Source: Pseudomonadota bacterium
Lineage (GTDB): Bacteria; Pseudomonadota; Alphaproteobacteria; Micavibrionales; Micavibrionaceae
Direction of reading: 5' to 3'
Assembly: GCA_963204715.1 (NCBI GenBank)
Contig: CAUJHK010000068.1
Span: forward strand, 1 to 56,296
Length of the DNA: 56,296 bases
The notes under the pieces were generated by a model. It made no database searches. It worked only from the letters and a program-made list of their open reading frames with translations, and was not told the origin of the DNA. Of the stretch, positions 18,598-28,999 are shown piece by piece. The translations under genes were made by a program, and so were the position numbers. How positions within the stretch are numbered: position 1 is the first letter of the stretch; each line of letters begins with the position of its first letter.

Positions 18598-19011
18598 CTA
18601 CGAACAGTCTGCACTGAGCTTTTTAAACCCGTTTTCATCAGGCTGCGCGTCGAGATAAACAGGTTTGTCTATTTTGGTTTTGCATTCAAAAAGCGGGATA
18701 AGTGTACGTAAAACTATTTTAATGCGGCGGCCTTCAAAAAATGGTCCCGCCACGCAAAATTCCTGCTCCGCCCCTGCATTCAGGCGAAAATTATCGCTGT
18801 GTTCCACAACCTCGCCACTGGCAACCTGCTGTTTTGCAGTCATCAAAGTGCCTAGAATGGTTTGATCAGACCGATTGACCAGCTTGGAGCAGATAGGGCT
18901 TTGGATAATTTCCCCCTCCTTGCCCTCCATAAGGGGCATTTGTGCCATGCCCTTGCTAGAAGAGAGCAGAATAATAAAAAGTGCCAGAAAGGGAATCGGG
19001 TAAAGCTTCAT
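18598..19011 (-). CDS. secreted hypothetical protein, 137 aa, Cys-containing
   Basis: Signal peptide MKLYPIPFLALFIILLSSSKGMA. No domain I recognise. Confidence 0.5.
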   Translation of the reverse strand: MKLYPIPFLALFIILLSSSKGMAQMPLMEGKEGEIIQSPICSKLVNRSDQTILGTLMTAKQQVASGEVVEHSDNFRLNAGAEQEFCVAGPFFEGRRIKIVLRTLIPLFECKTKIDKPVYLDAQPDENGFKKLSADCS

Positions 19012-19065
19012 AATTTTTTAGTATGCGCCAAATTACGACTAAACGGGAGAGGATATTTTACACCT

Positions 19066-20088
19066 TTATGATGCCCCTGGAACACCCTTGGTAGTCGAAT
19101 ACTCAAAATGAAATTCTTTGTCTGGGTTGAGTTGCGCCCGAATAGCGTGGGCGGCCATCGCGGCCTCATGAAAGCCTGTTAAGATAAGTTTTTGTTTGTT
19201 TTTGTAAGACGCAATGTCGCCAATAGCATATATTCCTGTTTCACTTGTTTGTGCGGTGACTGGATCTGTCAGAATGTGGTGATTGTCTATACCCAAACCC
19301 CACTCCGTTATAGGACCTAAAGACATGGACAGACCATAGAATAGCAACAATGTGTCTATTGGAAGTGTTTTTTGTAAACCCTCCAAAGAGCTAACATAAA
19401 GGGCTGACAACTGCTCACCGTCACCCCCCAGCGCATCCATCTGGTATGGGACGACAAGCTCCAGCTTACCTGCCTTCGCAAGCTCTTCCATTTGGCGTAC
19501 GCTTTCGGGCGCGGCACGGAACTTATCGCGCCTGTGTATGACGTACAGTTTTTTTGCCAAAGGCGCTAAGGATAACGCCCAGTCAACGGCACTATCCCCT
19601 CCGCCAGCAATGGCTATGACCTTATCTCTAAAATCCTCTTTTCGCTGTACCATATAATGTACGCTTTTGCCTTCATAGGACTCCAGCCCCTCCAAAGGCG
19701 GCCTGTTCGGGCCAAAAGCACCCGCACCCGCCGCAATAATCACGGCTTTTGCCTTAACTTCCGTACCTGTTGAAGAAGATATATGCCAAAAGCAATCTTT
19801 TTTGCTTAAAGAGACAATTTGTTGTCCTAAATGATATTCTGGCTTAAACGGAGCTATCTGGCGTTCCAAATTCACTATCAAATCCCCCGCCAGAATCTCT
19901 GGGCAACCAGGGATGTCATAAATAGGCTTTTCAGGGTATAGCGCGGTGCACTGGCCACCCACGCAAGGAAGCGCATCAAAAACTACGCATGACAGGCTGA
20001 GCATGCCGCACTCAAACACAGCAAACAGCCCTGACGGCCCCGCGCCTATAATGACCACGTCTTTTTCAATGATCTCGCCCATGGGCAT
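19066..20088 (-). CDS. ferredoxin-NADP+ reductase, thioredoxin-reductase-like type
   Basis: From ATG 20088 the protein starts MPMGEIIEKDVVIIGAGPSGL (FAD GxGxxG) and has a second GGGDSAVD NAD(P) motif. The longer ORF-track start runs into the divergent tsaE region. Confidence 0.85.
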   Translation of the reverse strand: MPMGEIIEKDVVIIGAGPSGLFAVFECGMLSLSCVVFDALPCVGGQCTALYPEKPIYDIPGCPEILAGDLIVNLERQIAPFKPEYHLGQQIVSLSKKDCFWHISSSTGTEVKAKAVIIAAGAGAFGPNRPPLEGLESYEGKSVHYMVQRKEDFRDKVIAIAGGGDSAVDWALSLAPLAKKLYVIHRRDKFRAAPESVRQMEELAKAGKLELVVPYQMDALGGDGEQLSALYVSSLEGLQKTLPIDTLLLFYGLSMSLGPITEWGLGIDNHHILTDPVTAQTSETGIYAIGDIASYKNKQKLILTGFHEAAMAAHAIRAQLNPDKEFHFEYSTTKGVPGAS

Positions 20089-20218
20089 GGTTATGCCATG
20101 GATTTTTGCCTGTCGCCAAGAGCTTTTGCACAAAGACCACATAAGGCTTTTGCGCATAAGGTTGATGCAAGCCGAATTTCCCGCGTGATATCCGCCCATA
20201 TCACCGCTATAAAAAAAC

Positions 20219-20647
20219 ATGGAGATTTTTGAAACCAGAAATGAGCAAGAAACCATTGCCGCGGCCGCCAGACTGGCAACCAGTGCAAAGGCGGGCGATG
20301 TGTTTTTGCTGGATGCCCCCATGGGTGCGGGAAAGAGCGTATTTGCACGCGGGTTTATCCGCGCCTTGTGCGGGCAGGACAAGGATGTCCCCAGCCCCAC
20401 TTTTACATTGGTGCAAACCTATGAATGCGACACAGCGCAGCTGTGGCATTTTGATTTATACCGTTTGGAAACGCCTGATGAGGTTTTGAATATTGGCTGG
20501 GATGACGCGCTATCGGGGGACGCCATCTGCCTGATAGAATGGCCGCAAAAGGCGGGGGAGTATCTCCCCCCCCACGCGCAGCATATTTCTATAGAAATAA
20601 CAGGAGAGAATGCCAGAAGGATATGCGTTGATGACAAGCAAACCTGA
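20219..20647 (+). CDS. tsaE: tRNA t6A37 biosynthesis ATPase TsaE
   Basis: Motifs PMGAGKS, SPTFTLV..Y and HFDLYRL. Confidence 0.9.
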   Translation: MEIFETRNEQETIAAAARLATSAKAGDVFLLDAPMGAGKSVFARGFIRALCGQDKDVPSPTFTLVQTYECDTAQLWHFDLYRLETPDEVLNIGWDDALSGDAICLIEWPQKAGEYLPPHAQHISIEITGENARRICVDDKQT

Positions 20648-21344
20648 TAAGGCCTTTATTCTGGCGGCAGGCATGGGCACACGCCTTCGCCCGCACACGG
20701 ACGTCATGCCAAAACCTATGGTAAGCATAGCAGGCAAAAGCATTATCCACCGCACCATTGCAAAGCTAAAACAAGAAGATGTGAAGGAGATTATTATCAA
20801 CCTTCACTATCTGGCAGATGTGTTGGAAGATCATTTAAAAGACATACAAGATCCGTGGATTATTTTATCCCGCGAGGATGAGCTTTTGGACACAGGGGGT
20901 GGCATTAAAAAAGCATTATCCCATTTTGGCAACAAACCATTTTATATCATCAATGGTGATGCGCTATGGGATGATAAACTTCCTCCTGCCCTGACAAGAT
21001 TATCCTCCCTATGGGATGACAAAACTATGGACATTCTTATGTTGCTGGAACCGAAAGACAAAATGATAGCAGGCTTTGTGGGAGATTATGACTGCAATGC
21101 GAACAGCGTGGCCACGCGCAACATGGACAAAAATGGGGAATTTATGTTTGCTGGTGTGCGCATAGCCCACCCGCGAATTTTTAAAGATTCTCCTGATGGT
21201 AAATTCTCATTCCTAACTCTTATGGACAAAGCGCAAGAGCAACAACGCCTCTATGGCATGGTGCATGATGATGCGTGGTATCATATCTCCACACCCGAAG
21301 ACCTGGACATGGTATCCGCCCTCTACAAGAAGAGAGGAATATGA
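20631..21344 (+). CDS. sugar-1-phosphate nucleotidyltransferase, MurU-like
   Basis: ILAAGMGTRLRP nucleotidyltransferase motif, and the position between tsaE and addB typical of alphaproteobacteria. ATG 20631 has better SD spacing than 20610. Confidence 0.75.
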   Translation: MTSKPDKAFILAAGMGTRLRPHTDVMPKPMVSIAGKSIIHRTIAKLKQEDVKEIIINLHYLADVLEDHLKDIQDPWIILSREDELLDTGGGIKKALSHFGNKPFYIINGDALWDDKLPPALTRLSSLWDDKTMDILMLLEPKDKMIAGFVGDYDCNANSVATRNMDKNGEFMFAGVRIAHPRIFKDSPDGKFSFLTLMDKAQEQQRLYGMVHDDAWYHISTPEDLDMVSALYKKRGI

Positions 21345-24322
21345 AAGAAACCCGTATATACACAATTCCTGCTGGTTATTCTTTCGTCGATGTTTTTGCG
21401 AAAGGCGTGCTGGAGCTTGCCAAAGGTGATAGCACGGCATTGTCCCGCATGCAGATTTTGCTGCCAACCCGCAGGGCGTGCCGAAGCCTGCGGGATGCCT
21501 TTTTAAAACTCTCCCAAGGCCGCCCAACCTTGTTGCCACGCATGCACCCGCTGGGCGATGTGGATGAGGACGAGCTTTCGATGTTTATGGCGCAAGAACT
21601 GGCAGGAGAGGAGCTTTCTCTTCCCTCCGCTATTTCAGCCACCCGCAGGCAGTTTTTGCTGGCAAAGCTGATAGGACAGCGCGGTTATGGCCGCGGTATT
21701 GTGCAAGACATGGAACTAGCCAAGGCGCTCGCCCAGCTTATGGACCAGACTTATACCGAAGACCTTGATTTAAAGGATTTACCCAAGCTTGTGGAAAGCG
21801 AAGCCTTTGCCAGCCACTGGCAGGTGAGTATTCAGTTTTTGTCCCTTATCAGCGAGCACTGGCCAAAAATTCTAAAGGATCTGGGCGTTATAGACGGCGC
21901 CGACAGGCGCAACAGGCTTTTGAAAAACTTGTCCGATCATTGGCAAAAAAATGCGCCGGAACATTTTGTTATAGCCGCAGGCACGACTGGGTCTATCCCC
22001 GCGACAGCGCGGCTTTTGAAGACAATTACAGATCTACCCAAAGGGATGATTGTTTTGCCGGGGTTAGATCGAAGCCTTGATGAGGATAGCTGGGGCGTAA
22101 TGGATGACACACACCCGCAAGCCACACTGAAAAATCTTTTAAAGACACTGGAGGTGGACAGAAATGCTGTCCAGACATGGCCCGCCCGCACAACAGACAA
22201 AGACACAAAAGGGCCTATACGGGGCTTTGTTGGCGAAGTGATGCGGCCATCCGAAACCACACAAGAATGGCAAAACCTTAAAGACATGGTCATTATAACC
22301 CCGCAAGACATAGCGATAGAGCGGTATGATTGCGAGAATCCGCAAGAAGAGGCACTGGTGATTGCGCTGGCGCTGCGCCGCGCTTTGGAAGACAAAAATT
22401 CGCTCGCCGCCCTTGTTACACCCGATAGAAATCTGGCGCGCCGTGTGACCATGGCATGCAGGCGATGGGGCATAGAGATAGATGATTCCGCAGGGCAGCC
22501 CTTGTCACAAACATCTGGGGGGCTTTATCTGCGGCTTTGCATGGAATGTGTGATAGGAGAAATGATGCCTGTTGCACTCCTGAGCTTTTGCAAGCATGGC
22601 AAGTGCCGTCCTGCTTATAAAAACTGGCGCTCTGAAATCAGGGCGTTTGATAAACATGCCGCCCGAGGGCCTATGTTTCAAGGTGGACTGGATGGCTACA
22701 CAAAAAACATTGGGGAATTAAAAGACGATTCCTCAAAAGAGAGGTTTCAGAACCTACTGAGCTTTATCCAGACAGGTTTTTCAGACCTTCTTGTTTTTGA
22801 AAAGACAGATAAACGCCCTTTTGCAGACTGGGTATATGCGCATTTGAAAGCGGCGGAATATTTTTGCCCGGCAGAGATCTTATGGGCGGGGCAGGAGGGC
22901 GAGGAAGCTTCTGTCTTTTTTAGTGCCTTGCTACAAGAAGAAGATGCGCCTGATGATTTGAGCGCGCAGGATTATATGGCGGTCCTTACAGGATTGATGA
23001 AGGCCGTATCCGTGCGGCCACGTTATGGTCTGCATCCCCGCGTTATGATTCTGGGGCAGCTGGAGGCACGCTTGCTGGAAGCGGATACCATGATTCTCTC
23101 TGGTCTTAATGAAGGCACATGGCCGCAAAAGATTTCGGCAGACCCCTGGATGTCACGCCCTATGCGAAAAGAATTTGGATTGCCACCACATGAACGCTCC
23201 ATTGGCCTTTCTGCACATGACTTTGCACAAAGTCTTTGCGCGGATAAGGTCATACTAACAAGATCAACGCGTGTGGATGGAACACCCACCGTGCCTTCAC
23301 GCTGGCTGCAGCGCATGGACACTGTTATTCGCGCCTGCAACCTGCCCGATGATATTTTAACCCACAACAAGCCTTTGTTGACCCTAGCGCGGGGCATGGA
23401 CATAGCCGCCATAAAAACACCGCCTTTGCGGCGCCCTGAGCCAAGGCCGCCTGTATCGTCACGTCCGCGCGAATTGCCTGTCACAAAAATTGATATGTGG
23501 ATGAACGACCCCTACAGTATTTATGCGCAGTACATTTTAAAACTAAAGCCTTTGAAAGATCTGGAGCAGGATATGGACGCCGCGCTCAGGGGCACGCTGA
23601 TTCACGATGTCTTGAAAGATTTTTTTGACCTTTATAAAGATAAGCTGCCCCCCGACATTGCAAAGGCTTTTGTAGAGCTGGCTATTGCCGGGATGGACAA
23701 GGTGGGTTTGGAAAAACACAGGCGCACCATGTGGCTGCCCCGATTGCAAAAGATCGGAACATGGCTATCCGTAAAAGAACAGGAAATGAGAGCGGTTTTT
23801 ATCCCAACCATTTCAGAAGAAAAGGGGGGAATGACGCTGGATGGAAAGGCCGGCGTCTTTACGCTTACCTGCCGTGCAGACCGGATTGATGTTTCAAAAG
23901 ACGGTAAAAGCGCGGCCATTATTGACTATAAGTCTGGCGGGCAATTTTCAACAAAGGGGATGGTTTCAGGATCGCTGCCGCAACTGCCTCTTGAAGCCCT
24001 GATTGTAGAGCAAGGAGGGTTTGAAAAATGCAAAAAAATTCCATCATCGCTGCTGGCCTACTGGATTATCAATGGCTCTAAAGACGGAGGGAAAATTATT
24101 AAGCTTGAGAGCGAGGAGAAAATAAGGGCGGCAATGGAACAGGCAAAAAACGGGCTGAATGCCCTGATTGATGCCTTTGATGAAGAATCAACACCTTATA
24201 TGAGCCTGCCCAAACCACACAAGGCCCCAAAATATAATGATTATGAGCATCTGGCGCGGGTGAAGGAATGGATTGCCCTTGATGATGCGGGTAATGATTT
24301 TGAAGACGGAGAAGCCGCATGA
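21341..24322 (+). CDS. addB: double-strand break repair protein AddB (alphaproteobacterial type)
   Basis: About 993 aa from ATG 21341 (ATGA overlap with the previous stop). C-terminal PD-(D/E)xK nuclease motif (RADRID...IIDYKSG). Followed by addA. Confidence 0.9.
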   Translation: MKETRIYTIPAGYSFVDVFAKGVLELAKGDSTALSRMQILLPTRRACRSLRDAFLKLSQGRPTLLPRMHPLGDVDEDELSMFMAQELAGEELSLPSAISATRRQFLLAKLIGQRGYGRGIVQDMELAKALAQLMDQTYTEDLDLKDLPKLVESEAFASHWQVSIQFLSLISEHWPKILKDLGVIDGADRRNRLLKNLSDHWQKNAPEHFVIAAGTTGSIPATARLLKTITDLPKGMIVLPGLDRSLDEDSWGVMDDTHPQATLKNLLKTLEVDRNAVQTWPARTTDKDTKGPIRGFVGEVMRPSETTQEWQNLKDMVIITPQDIAIERYDCENPQEEALVIALALRRALEDKNSLAALVTPDRNLARRVTMACRRWGIEIDDSAGQPLSQTSGGLYLRLCMECVIGEMMPVALLSFCKHGKCRPAYKNWRSEIRAFDKHAARGPMFQGGLDGYTKNIGELKDDSSKERFQNLLSFIQTGFSDLLVFEKTDKRPFADWVYAHLKAAEYFCPAEILWAGQEGEEASVFFSALLQEEDAPDDLSAQDYMAVLTGLMKAVSVRPRYGLHPRVMILGQLEARLLEADTMILSGLNEGTWPQKISADPWMSRPMRKEFGLPPHERSIGLSAHDFAQSLCADKVILTRSTRVDGTPTVPSRWLQRMDTVIRACNLPDDILTHNKPLLTLARGMDIAAIKTPPLRRPEPRPPVSSRPRELPVTKIDMWMNDPYSIYAQYILKLKPLKDLEQDMDAALRGTLIHDVLKDFFDLYKDKLPPDIAKAFVELAIAGMDKVGLEKHRRTMWLPRLQKIGTWLSVKEQEMRAVFIPTISEEKGGMTLDGKAGVFTLTCRADRIDVSKDGKSAAIIDYKSGGQFSTKGMVSGSLPQLPLEALIVEQGGFEKCKKIPSSLLAYWIINGSKDGGKIIKLESEEKIRAAMEQAKNGLNALIDAFDEESTPYMSLPKPHKAPKYNDYEHLARVKEWIALDDAGNDFEDGEAA

Positions 24323-27300
24323 CAAAACAGGCTTTGGACAAAACCCTCTCTCACCTCTCCGCCGTGGAAGAAGCCACGCAAAGACAGCGCGCCGCATCAA
24401 ACCCCATGGCCTCTTCATGGGTGGGCGCATCGGCAGGCTCAGGCAAAACAAAAGTTTTGACCGACAGGATTTTGCGGTTGCTGTTGCCACGTGAAAATGC
24501 GGAGCCAGCGACCAGACCTGAAAAAATACTGGCCCTTACTTTTACCAAGGCCGCCGCCAACGAAATGTCACAGCGTTTGTCAAAGAGGCTCTCGCAATGG
24601 GCTGTTATGGATGATGATACCTTGCGAAAGGACATGGACGAGAGTCTTTTGGGGCGTACGCCTACAAAAGAAGAAATGATCGCCGCACGAAAACTTTTTG
24701 CACGTGTGATTGATGCCCCTGGTGGCATTAATATTATGACCCTCCACTCTTTTTGTCAGTCTGTATTAGGGCGTTTTCCCATAGAAGCGGGCATCCCCCC
24801 CCACTTCAAAGCCTTGGAAGAAAGCGAAGCGGCTATGCTTTTAAAACAAGCGACGGACGAGGTTTTGGCGGGGCATAATCTGGACAGCCCTGAGCTTGTG
24901 GCACAAAGCCTCGCACGCCTAGCCACATTGACGAATGAAGAACAGTTCGAAAAGCTGGTGAAAAACGCTTTGGGCGAACGCCACCAATTTCAAAAAATTC
25001 TCGACCGTACATTCGGCGTGGACGGGCTTTATACAAAGCTATGCCAAAGCCTGGGCGTACAGGCAGGGTCAACGCCCGAAAAAGCGATACAAGATTTTGT
25101 CACGGCCCTTCGTGCCAGAGAAAAAGAATTGCGTAATGCCTGCATGTGTCTTTCAAACAGCGACAAAAAGACCTCACAAGAGCGCGGGCAAGCCATACAG
25201 TTTTTTCTAGACCAGGATTTAGAAGGACGCGTACAAAGCTATCAAAGCTATAAAAGTGCTTTTTTGAAAGATGATGGCGATTTTTACAAAAATCTGGCAA
25301 CACAAGATGTCATAAACAAAAATCCTGATGTGGAAGGCATCCTGACTTCCGAAGCGCAACACCTGTACGCATTTGAAGACACTTTAAAATCCATTGCGTG
25401 TACGCAGTCCACAAAAGACCTGTTTACCGTACTGGAAGAAATAATATCACGTTACCAAACATTGAAAACACTGCATGGTGGGCTGGACTTTGATGATTTG
25501 ATTCTAAAAACCCTCGCCTTGTTTCAGGGAGACGTTTCACCAATGCGTACTCTTGAAAACGTCACCCCGTGGGTGATGTTTAAAATGGACGGAGGGATTG
25601 ACCATATTCTGGTTGACGAAGCACAGGACACAAACCCAGAACAATGGGAGATCATACGCCTTCTTGCGCAGGAATTTTTTACAGGAGATAGCGCGAAAGA
25701 AATTACACGCACGCTTTTTGTCGTGGGGGACGAAAAACAGTCTATCTTCGGTTTTCAGCGCGCTGCACCAGAAAAATTCGGGGACATGTTTGATTATTTT
25801 CAAGAAAAAATCAAAGCTTCACACCAAAAATTTGATCCCGTAGATATCAATACGTCGTTTCGCTCTTCGCAAGCAATTTTGAATGCTGTGGATGCAACTT
25901 TCATACAATCGCATGCACAAAAGGGCATGGGGAAAAAGTACGCCCCACACCGTGCCCAGCGTGAAGGTCAAGAAGGCATTGTAGAGCTTTGGCCAATCTT
26001 GAAATCTGAACAGGTAGAAGGAGAGAGCTCGCAGAGCGATGAATGGTCTGTGCCTGATAAGGTTGTAGAGCTTCGAAGCGGGTCAATCCAAATGGCAAAA
26101 AAAATAGGGGACATGATATTTAAATGGTTAGACAATAAAGAAAATTTAGAATCACGGAACAGGCCCATTCAACCAGGCGATATTCTTGTACTGGTGCGTT
26201 CACGTAATGCGTTTGTCATGCAGCTGGTGCGTGAGTTGAAAACGCTGGGCGTACCTGTCAGCGGCGTCGATCGCATGGTTTTGGCAGAACAGCTGGTGGT
26301 GCAGGATTTATGCGCCGCCATTAATTTTGCACTTCTTCCTGAAGACGACCTCACCCTTGCCTGTCTTCTAAAGTCGCCGTTCATCGGCATTAACGAAGAG
26401 GAGCTGTATGTCATTACGCAAGGACGGGCGGGACACTCCCTCTGGCAGGCGTTCAAGGAAGTGCCCTTGCACAAAAATATACAAGACTGGCTGGAATCCC
26501 TGATTGTACGCGCAAGTGAATCTAGACCTTACGAATTTTTAAGCCATATTCTACAAACTCCGTGCCCCGCCAACAGCCGCAGTGGCTTAGAAGCCGTACG
26601 TTCCCGTCTGGGTGAAGAATCTCTTGATCCCTTAAACGAGTTTTTAAATGCTGCCATTCTTTTTGAATCTGGCCACAGCGCCAGCCTGCAAGAATTTATC
26701 AAATGGCATAAGACGGGCACGAGCGAAATAAAACGAGATCTGGATGAGGGTGGCGGTGTCATACGAATTATGACCATACATGGTGCCAAAGGTCTGCAGG
26801 CTCCTATCGTCTTTTTGCCTGACACCGTACGCCAAAGAAATGGCGCCGCAGGGACAAACCTGTACTGGCATCATAAGACTGGATTGGAACTGCCTTTTTA
26901 CTGTCCTTCTGCCAATGCCATGCCAAAGGCCATGCTGCCCGCGAAGGAGCGGCTTCAGGAAATAGACGATGAAGAAGGAAGAAGGCTTTTGTACGTTGCC
27001 ATGACGCGTGCGGAAGACAGGCTTTATATTGGTGGATACTATAACAAAAAGAAACCTTCAGACAAAACACCCACATGGCACAAGGACATTGAATCTGGCC
27101 TTTTAAATCTAGCGAATACCAAACAAATTCTGCCCCAGAATAGTGAAGATAAACAGGTCACGCTGCGCCTGCACTATGAGCGTACGGCCAGACCAGACAA
27201 AGCGAAAGCGGTTCAAGGCAAGCAGCAGACTGTGCAAATAGACCGTACACAAAGCTGGATTGACAAACCAGCGCCAAAAGAGCCATTCCCGCCCAAGCCT

Positions 27301-27834
27301 TTAATACCGTCGCGCCCATCCGAACAAGAGCCCGCCGCCGCCTCCCCGCTTACCCAGGCAGGTGCAAACAGGTTTAAGCGCGGCATTGTCACCCACAAGG
27401 CCTTGCAATATTTACCGCAAATAGAAAAATCCCGCCGTGAGGCCGCCCTAAAAACCTTTTTGGCAAACCCTGCGCAAGAATTAAGTCACGACATTCAAGA
27501 CAGCATTTTTAAGGAAGTAATAACCATTTTGAACGACCCTGTTTTTGGGGATCTTTTTGGGCAGGATTCTATGGCGGAAGTGCCCATCACGGGGTTGATT
27601 GGAGGCACGCATCTGGTGTCAGGGCAAATTGACCGCATGCTTGTGCGGGAAAACGAAGTGCTGGTGGTGGATTTTAAAACAAACCGCCCCCCACCCCAAA
27701 ACCCGCAAGACGTACCTTCTGCTTACATTCGGCAGATGGAGATTTATCGCGCCGCACTCAAGGCCATATATCCCAACAAAGCCATCCGCACAGCCCTATT
27801 ATGGACGGACGGCGCAATGTTGATGGAAATTTAA
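24319..27834 (+). CDS. addA: double-strand break repair helicase AddA (UvrD-like helicase plus nuclease)
   Basis: Walker A ASAGSGKT, LVDEAQDT, TIHGAKGL, YVAMTRA, and a C-terminal nuclease motif (GQIDRM..VVDFKT). Confidence 0.93.
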   Translation: MTKQALDKTLSHLSAVEEATQRQRAASNPMASSWVGASAGSGKTKVLTDRILRLLLPRENAEPATRPEKILALTFTKAAANEMSQRLSKRLSQWAVMDDDTLRKDMDESLLGRTPTKEEMIAARKLFARVIDAPGGINIMTLHSFCQSVLGRFPIEAGIPPHFKALEESEAAMLLKQATDEVLAGHNLDSPELVAQSLARLATLTNEEQFEKLVKNALGERHQFQKILDRTFGVDGLYTKLCQSLGVQAGSTPEKAIQDFVTALRAREKELRNACMCLSNSDKKTSQERGQAIQFFLDQDLEGRVQSYQSYKSAFLKDDGDFYKNLATQDVINKNPDVEGILTSEAQHLYAFEDTLKSIACTQSTKDLFTVLEEIISRYQTLKTLHGGLDFDDLILKTLALFQGDVSPMRTLENVTPWVMFKMDGGIDHILVDEAQDTNPEQWEIIRLLAQEFFTGDSAKEITRTLFVVGDEKQSIFGFQRAAPEKFGDMFDYFQEKIKASHQKFDPVDINTSFRSSQAILNAVDATFIQSHAQKGMGKKYAPHRAQREGQEGIVELWPILKSEQVEGESSQSDEWSVPDKVVELRSGSIQMAKKIGDMIFKWLDNKENLESRNRPIQPGDILVLVRSRNAFVMQLVRELKTLGVPVSGVDRMVLAEQLVVQDLCAAINFALLPEDDLTLACLLKSPFIGINEEELYVITQGRAGHSLWQAFKEVPLHKNIQDWLESLIVRASESRPYEFLSHILQTPCPANSRSGLEAVRSRLGEESLDPLNEFLNAAILFESGHSASLQEFIKWHKTGTSEIKRDLDEGGGVIRIMTIHGAKGLQAPIVFLPDTVRQRNGAAGTNLYWHHKTGLELPFYCPSANAMPKAMLPAKERLQEIDDEEGRRLLYVAMTRAEDRLYIGGYYNKKKPSDKTPTWHKDIESGLLNLANTKQILPQNSEDKQVTLRLHYERTARPDKAKAVQGKQQTVQIDRTQSWIDKPAPKEPFPPKPLIPSRPSEQEPAAASPLTQAGANRFKRGIVTHKALQYLPQIEKSRREAALKTFLANPAQELSHDIQDSIFKEVITILNDPVFGDLFGQDSMAEVPITGLIGGTHLVSGQIDRMLVRENEVLVVDFKTNRPPPQNPQDVPSAYIRQMEIYRAALKAIYPNKAIRTALLWTDGAMLMEI

Positions 27835-27943
27835 AGGTAAGGCTATTTTCGCTTCTTGTTGGTTTTAACACTTTGCCCCCTTGAAATTTGGGTTCATACG
27901 GGCAATGTTAATAAGGCAATTCGAATATTTAAAAAGGTGAAAG

Positions 27944-28261
27944 ATGACCCAACAAGTTTCCGATTCCACGTTTGAACATGAAGTTTTAAAATCTGACGTT
28001 CCAGTGATTGTCGATTTTTTTGCGGAATGGTGCGGGCCTTGCAAAGCCCTTGGCCCATACGTCGATGAACTTTCGGCAGAACTGCAAGGCAAGGCAAAAA
28101 TTGTGAAAATCAATATTGATGAAAGTCCGAACGCGCCCACAAAATATGGCGTGCGGGGCATTCCAACCCTTATGGTTTTCAAAAACGGTCAAGTGACCGA
28201 CACACGCGTGGGCGGTATGTCAAAATCTCAATTGTCCGAATGGGCGAACGGCGCGGTATAA
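27944..28261 (+). CDS. trxA: thioredoxin
   Basis: 105 aa with the WCGPC active site. Confidence 0.96.
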   Translation: MTQQVSDSTFEHEVLKSDVPVIVDFFAEWCGPCKALGPYVDELSAELQGKAKIVKINIDESPNAPTKYGVRGIPTLMVFKNGQVTDTRVGGMSKSQLSEWANGAV

Positions 28262-28283
28262 AGTTTCTCCATTCAATAACAAA

Positions 28284-28314
28284 AAGGGACAGCCTGAAAG
28301 CCGTCCCTTTTTTT
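28284..28314. terminator. bidirectional hairpin terminator between the convergent trxA and infC
   Basis: GGGACAGC-ctgaaa-GCCGTCCC (one mismatch), flanked by an A-run and a T-run. Confidence 0.55.
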
Positions 28315-28328
28315 GCGTTCGCTTTTGA

Positions 28329-28901
28329 TTACTCAGCCTTTGCGGGCACAGCCTTGGCAGGCACCAACATCATGATGGCCTGACGGCCTTCCATTTTTGG
28401 TTCTTGTTCAACCTTTGAAACTTCCACCAAGTCCGCTTTAAATTTTTGCAAAACCTGCATGGCCAAATCAATGTGCGCCATTTCACGGCCACGAAGGCGA
28501 AGGGTGACTTTGACCTTGTCTTCATTTTCCAAAAATTTCTTGGCGGCACGAAGTTTGACCTCATAGTCATGCTCTTCAATCGTGGGGCGGATTTTGATTT
28601 CTTTTATCTCAATGACTTTTTGTTTCTTCTTGGCTTCAGCGGCTTTCTTTTGAAGCTCATACTTATATTTGCCGTAGTTGAGAATTTTGCAAACAGGCGG
28701 CTCTGCCCCAGGAGAAACTTCTACCAGATCCAGCCCAGCCTCTTCAGCACGGCGAAGACCTTCTTGAATGGTGACAATGCCAACCATTTCTCCATTTTCA
28801 TCGACAAGGCGGATTTTGGGAATACGAATTTGTTCATTCACGCGGGTGCCATCATCAGAAGGGCGGCGCGGCGGGGTATTATTTACAGGTGGTCTGGCTA
28901 T
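28329..28901 (-). CDS. infC: translation initiation factor IF-3, probable non-canonical ATA start
   Basis: The IF-3 core is clear (IRLVDENGE..GIV; PPVCKILNYGKYKYE; EIKIRP..EEHDY; LRGREMAH). The in-frame extension ARPPVNNTPPRRPSDDGTRV resembles alphaproteobacterial IF-3 N-termini. It begins at ATA 28901, 7 nt after GGAG and just after an in-frame TGA. The ORF track starts at GTG 28841. Confidence 0.85.
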   Translation of the reverse strand: MARPPVNNTPPRRPSDDGTRVNEQIRIPKIRLVDENGEMVGIVTIQEGLRRAEEAGLDLVEVSPGAEPPVCKILNYGKYKYELQKKAAEAKKKQKVIEIKEIKIRPTIEEHDYEVKLRAAKKFLENEDKVKVTLRLRGREMAHIDLAMQVLQKFKADLVEVSKVEQEPKMEGRQAIMMLVPAKAVPAKAE

Positions 28902-28999
28902 GGGATATCTCCATCAATTGTTAAAGCTAAGGGGTATTCATAAGCCCAAACCCCATAGATTTCAAGGGGTGTTCGCATCCACCACCAAGGAACAACTCT

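Noticed and set aside
20089-20400. A 104-codon N-terminal extension of the ferredoxin-NADP reductase ORF.
   Set aside because: The extension overlaps the divergent tsaE gene and has no homology-like features. The FAD-binding GxGxxG motif starts right after ATG 20088.
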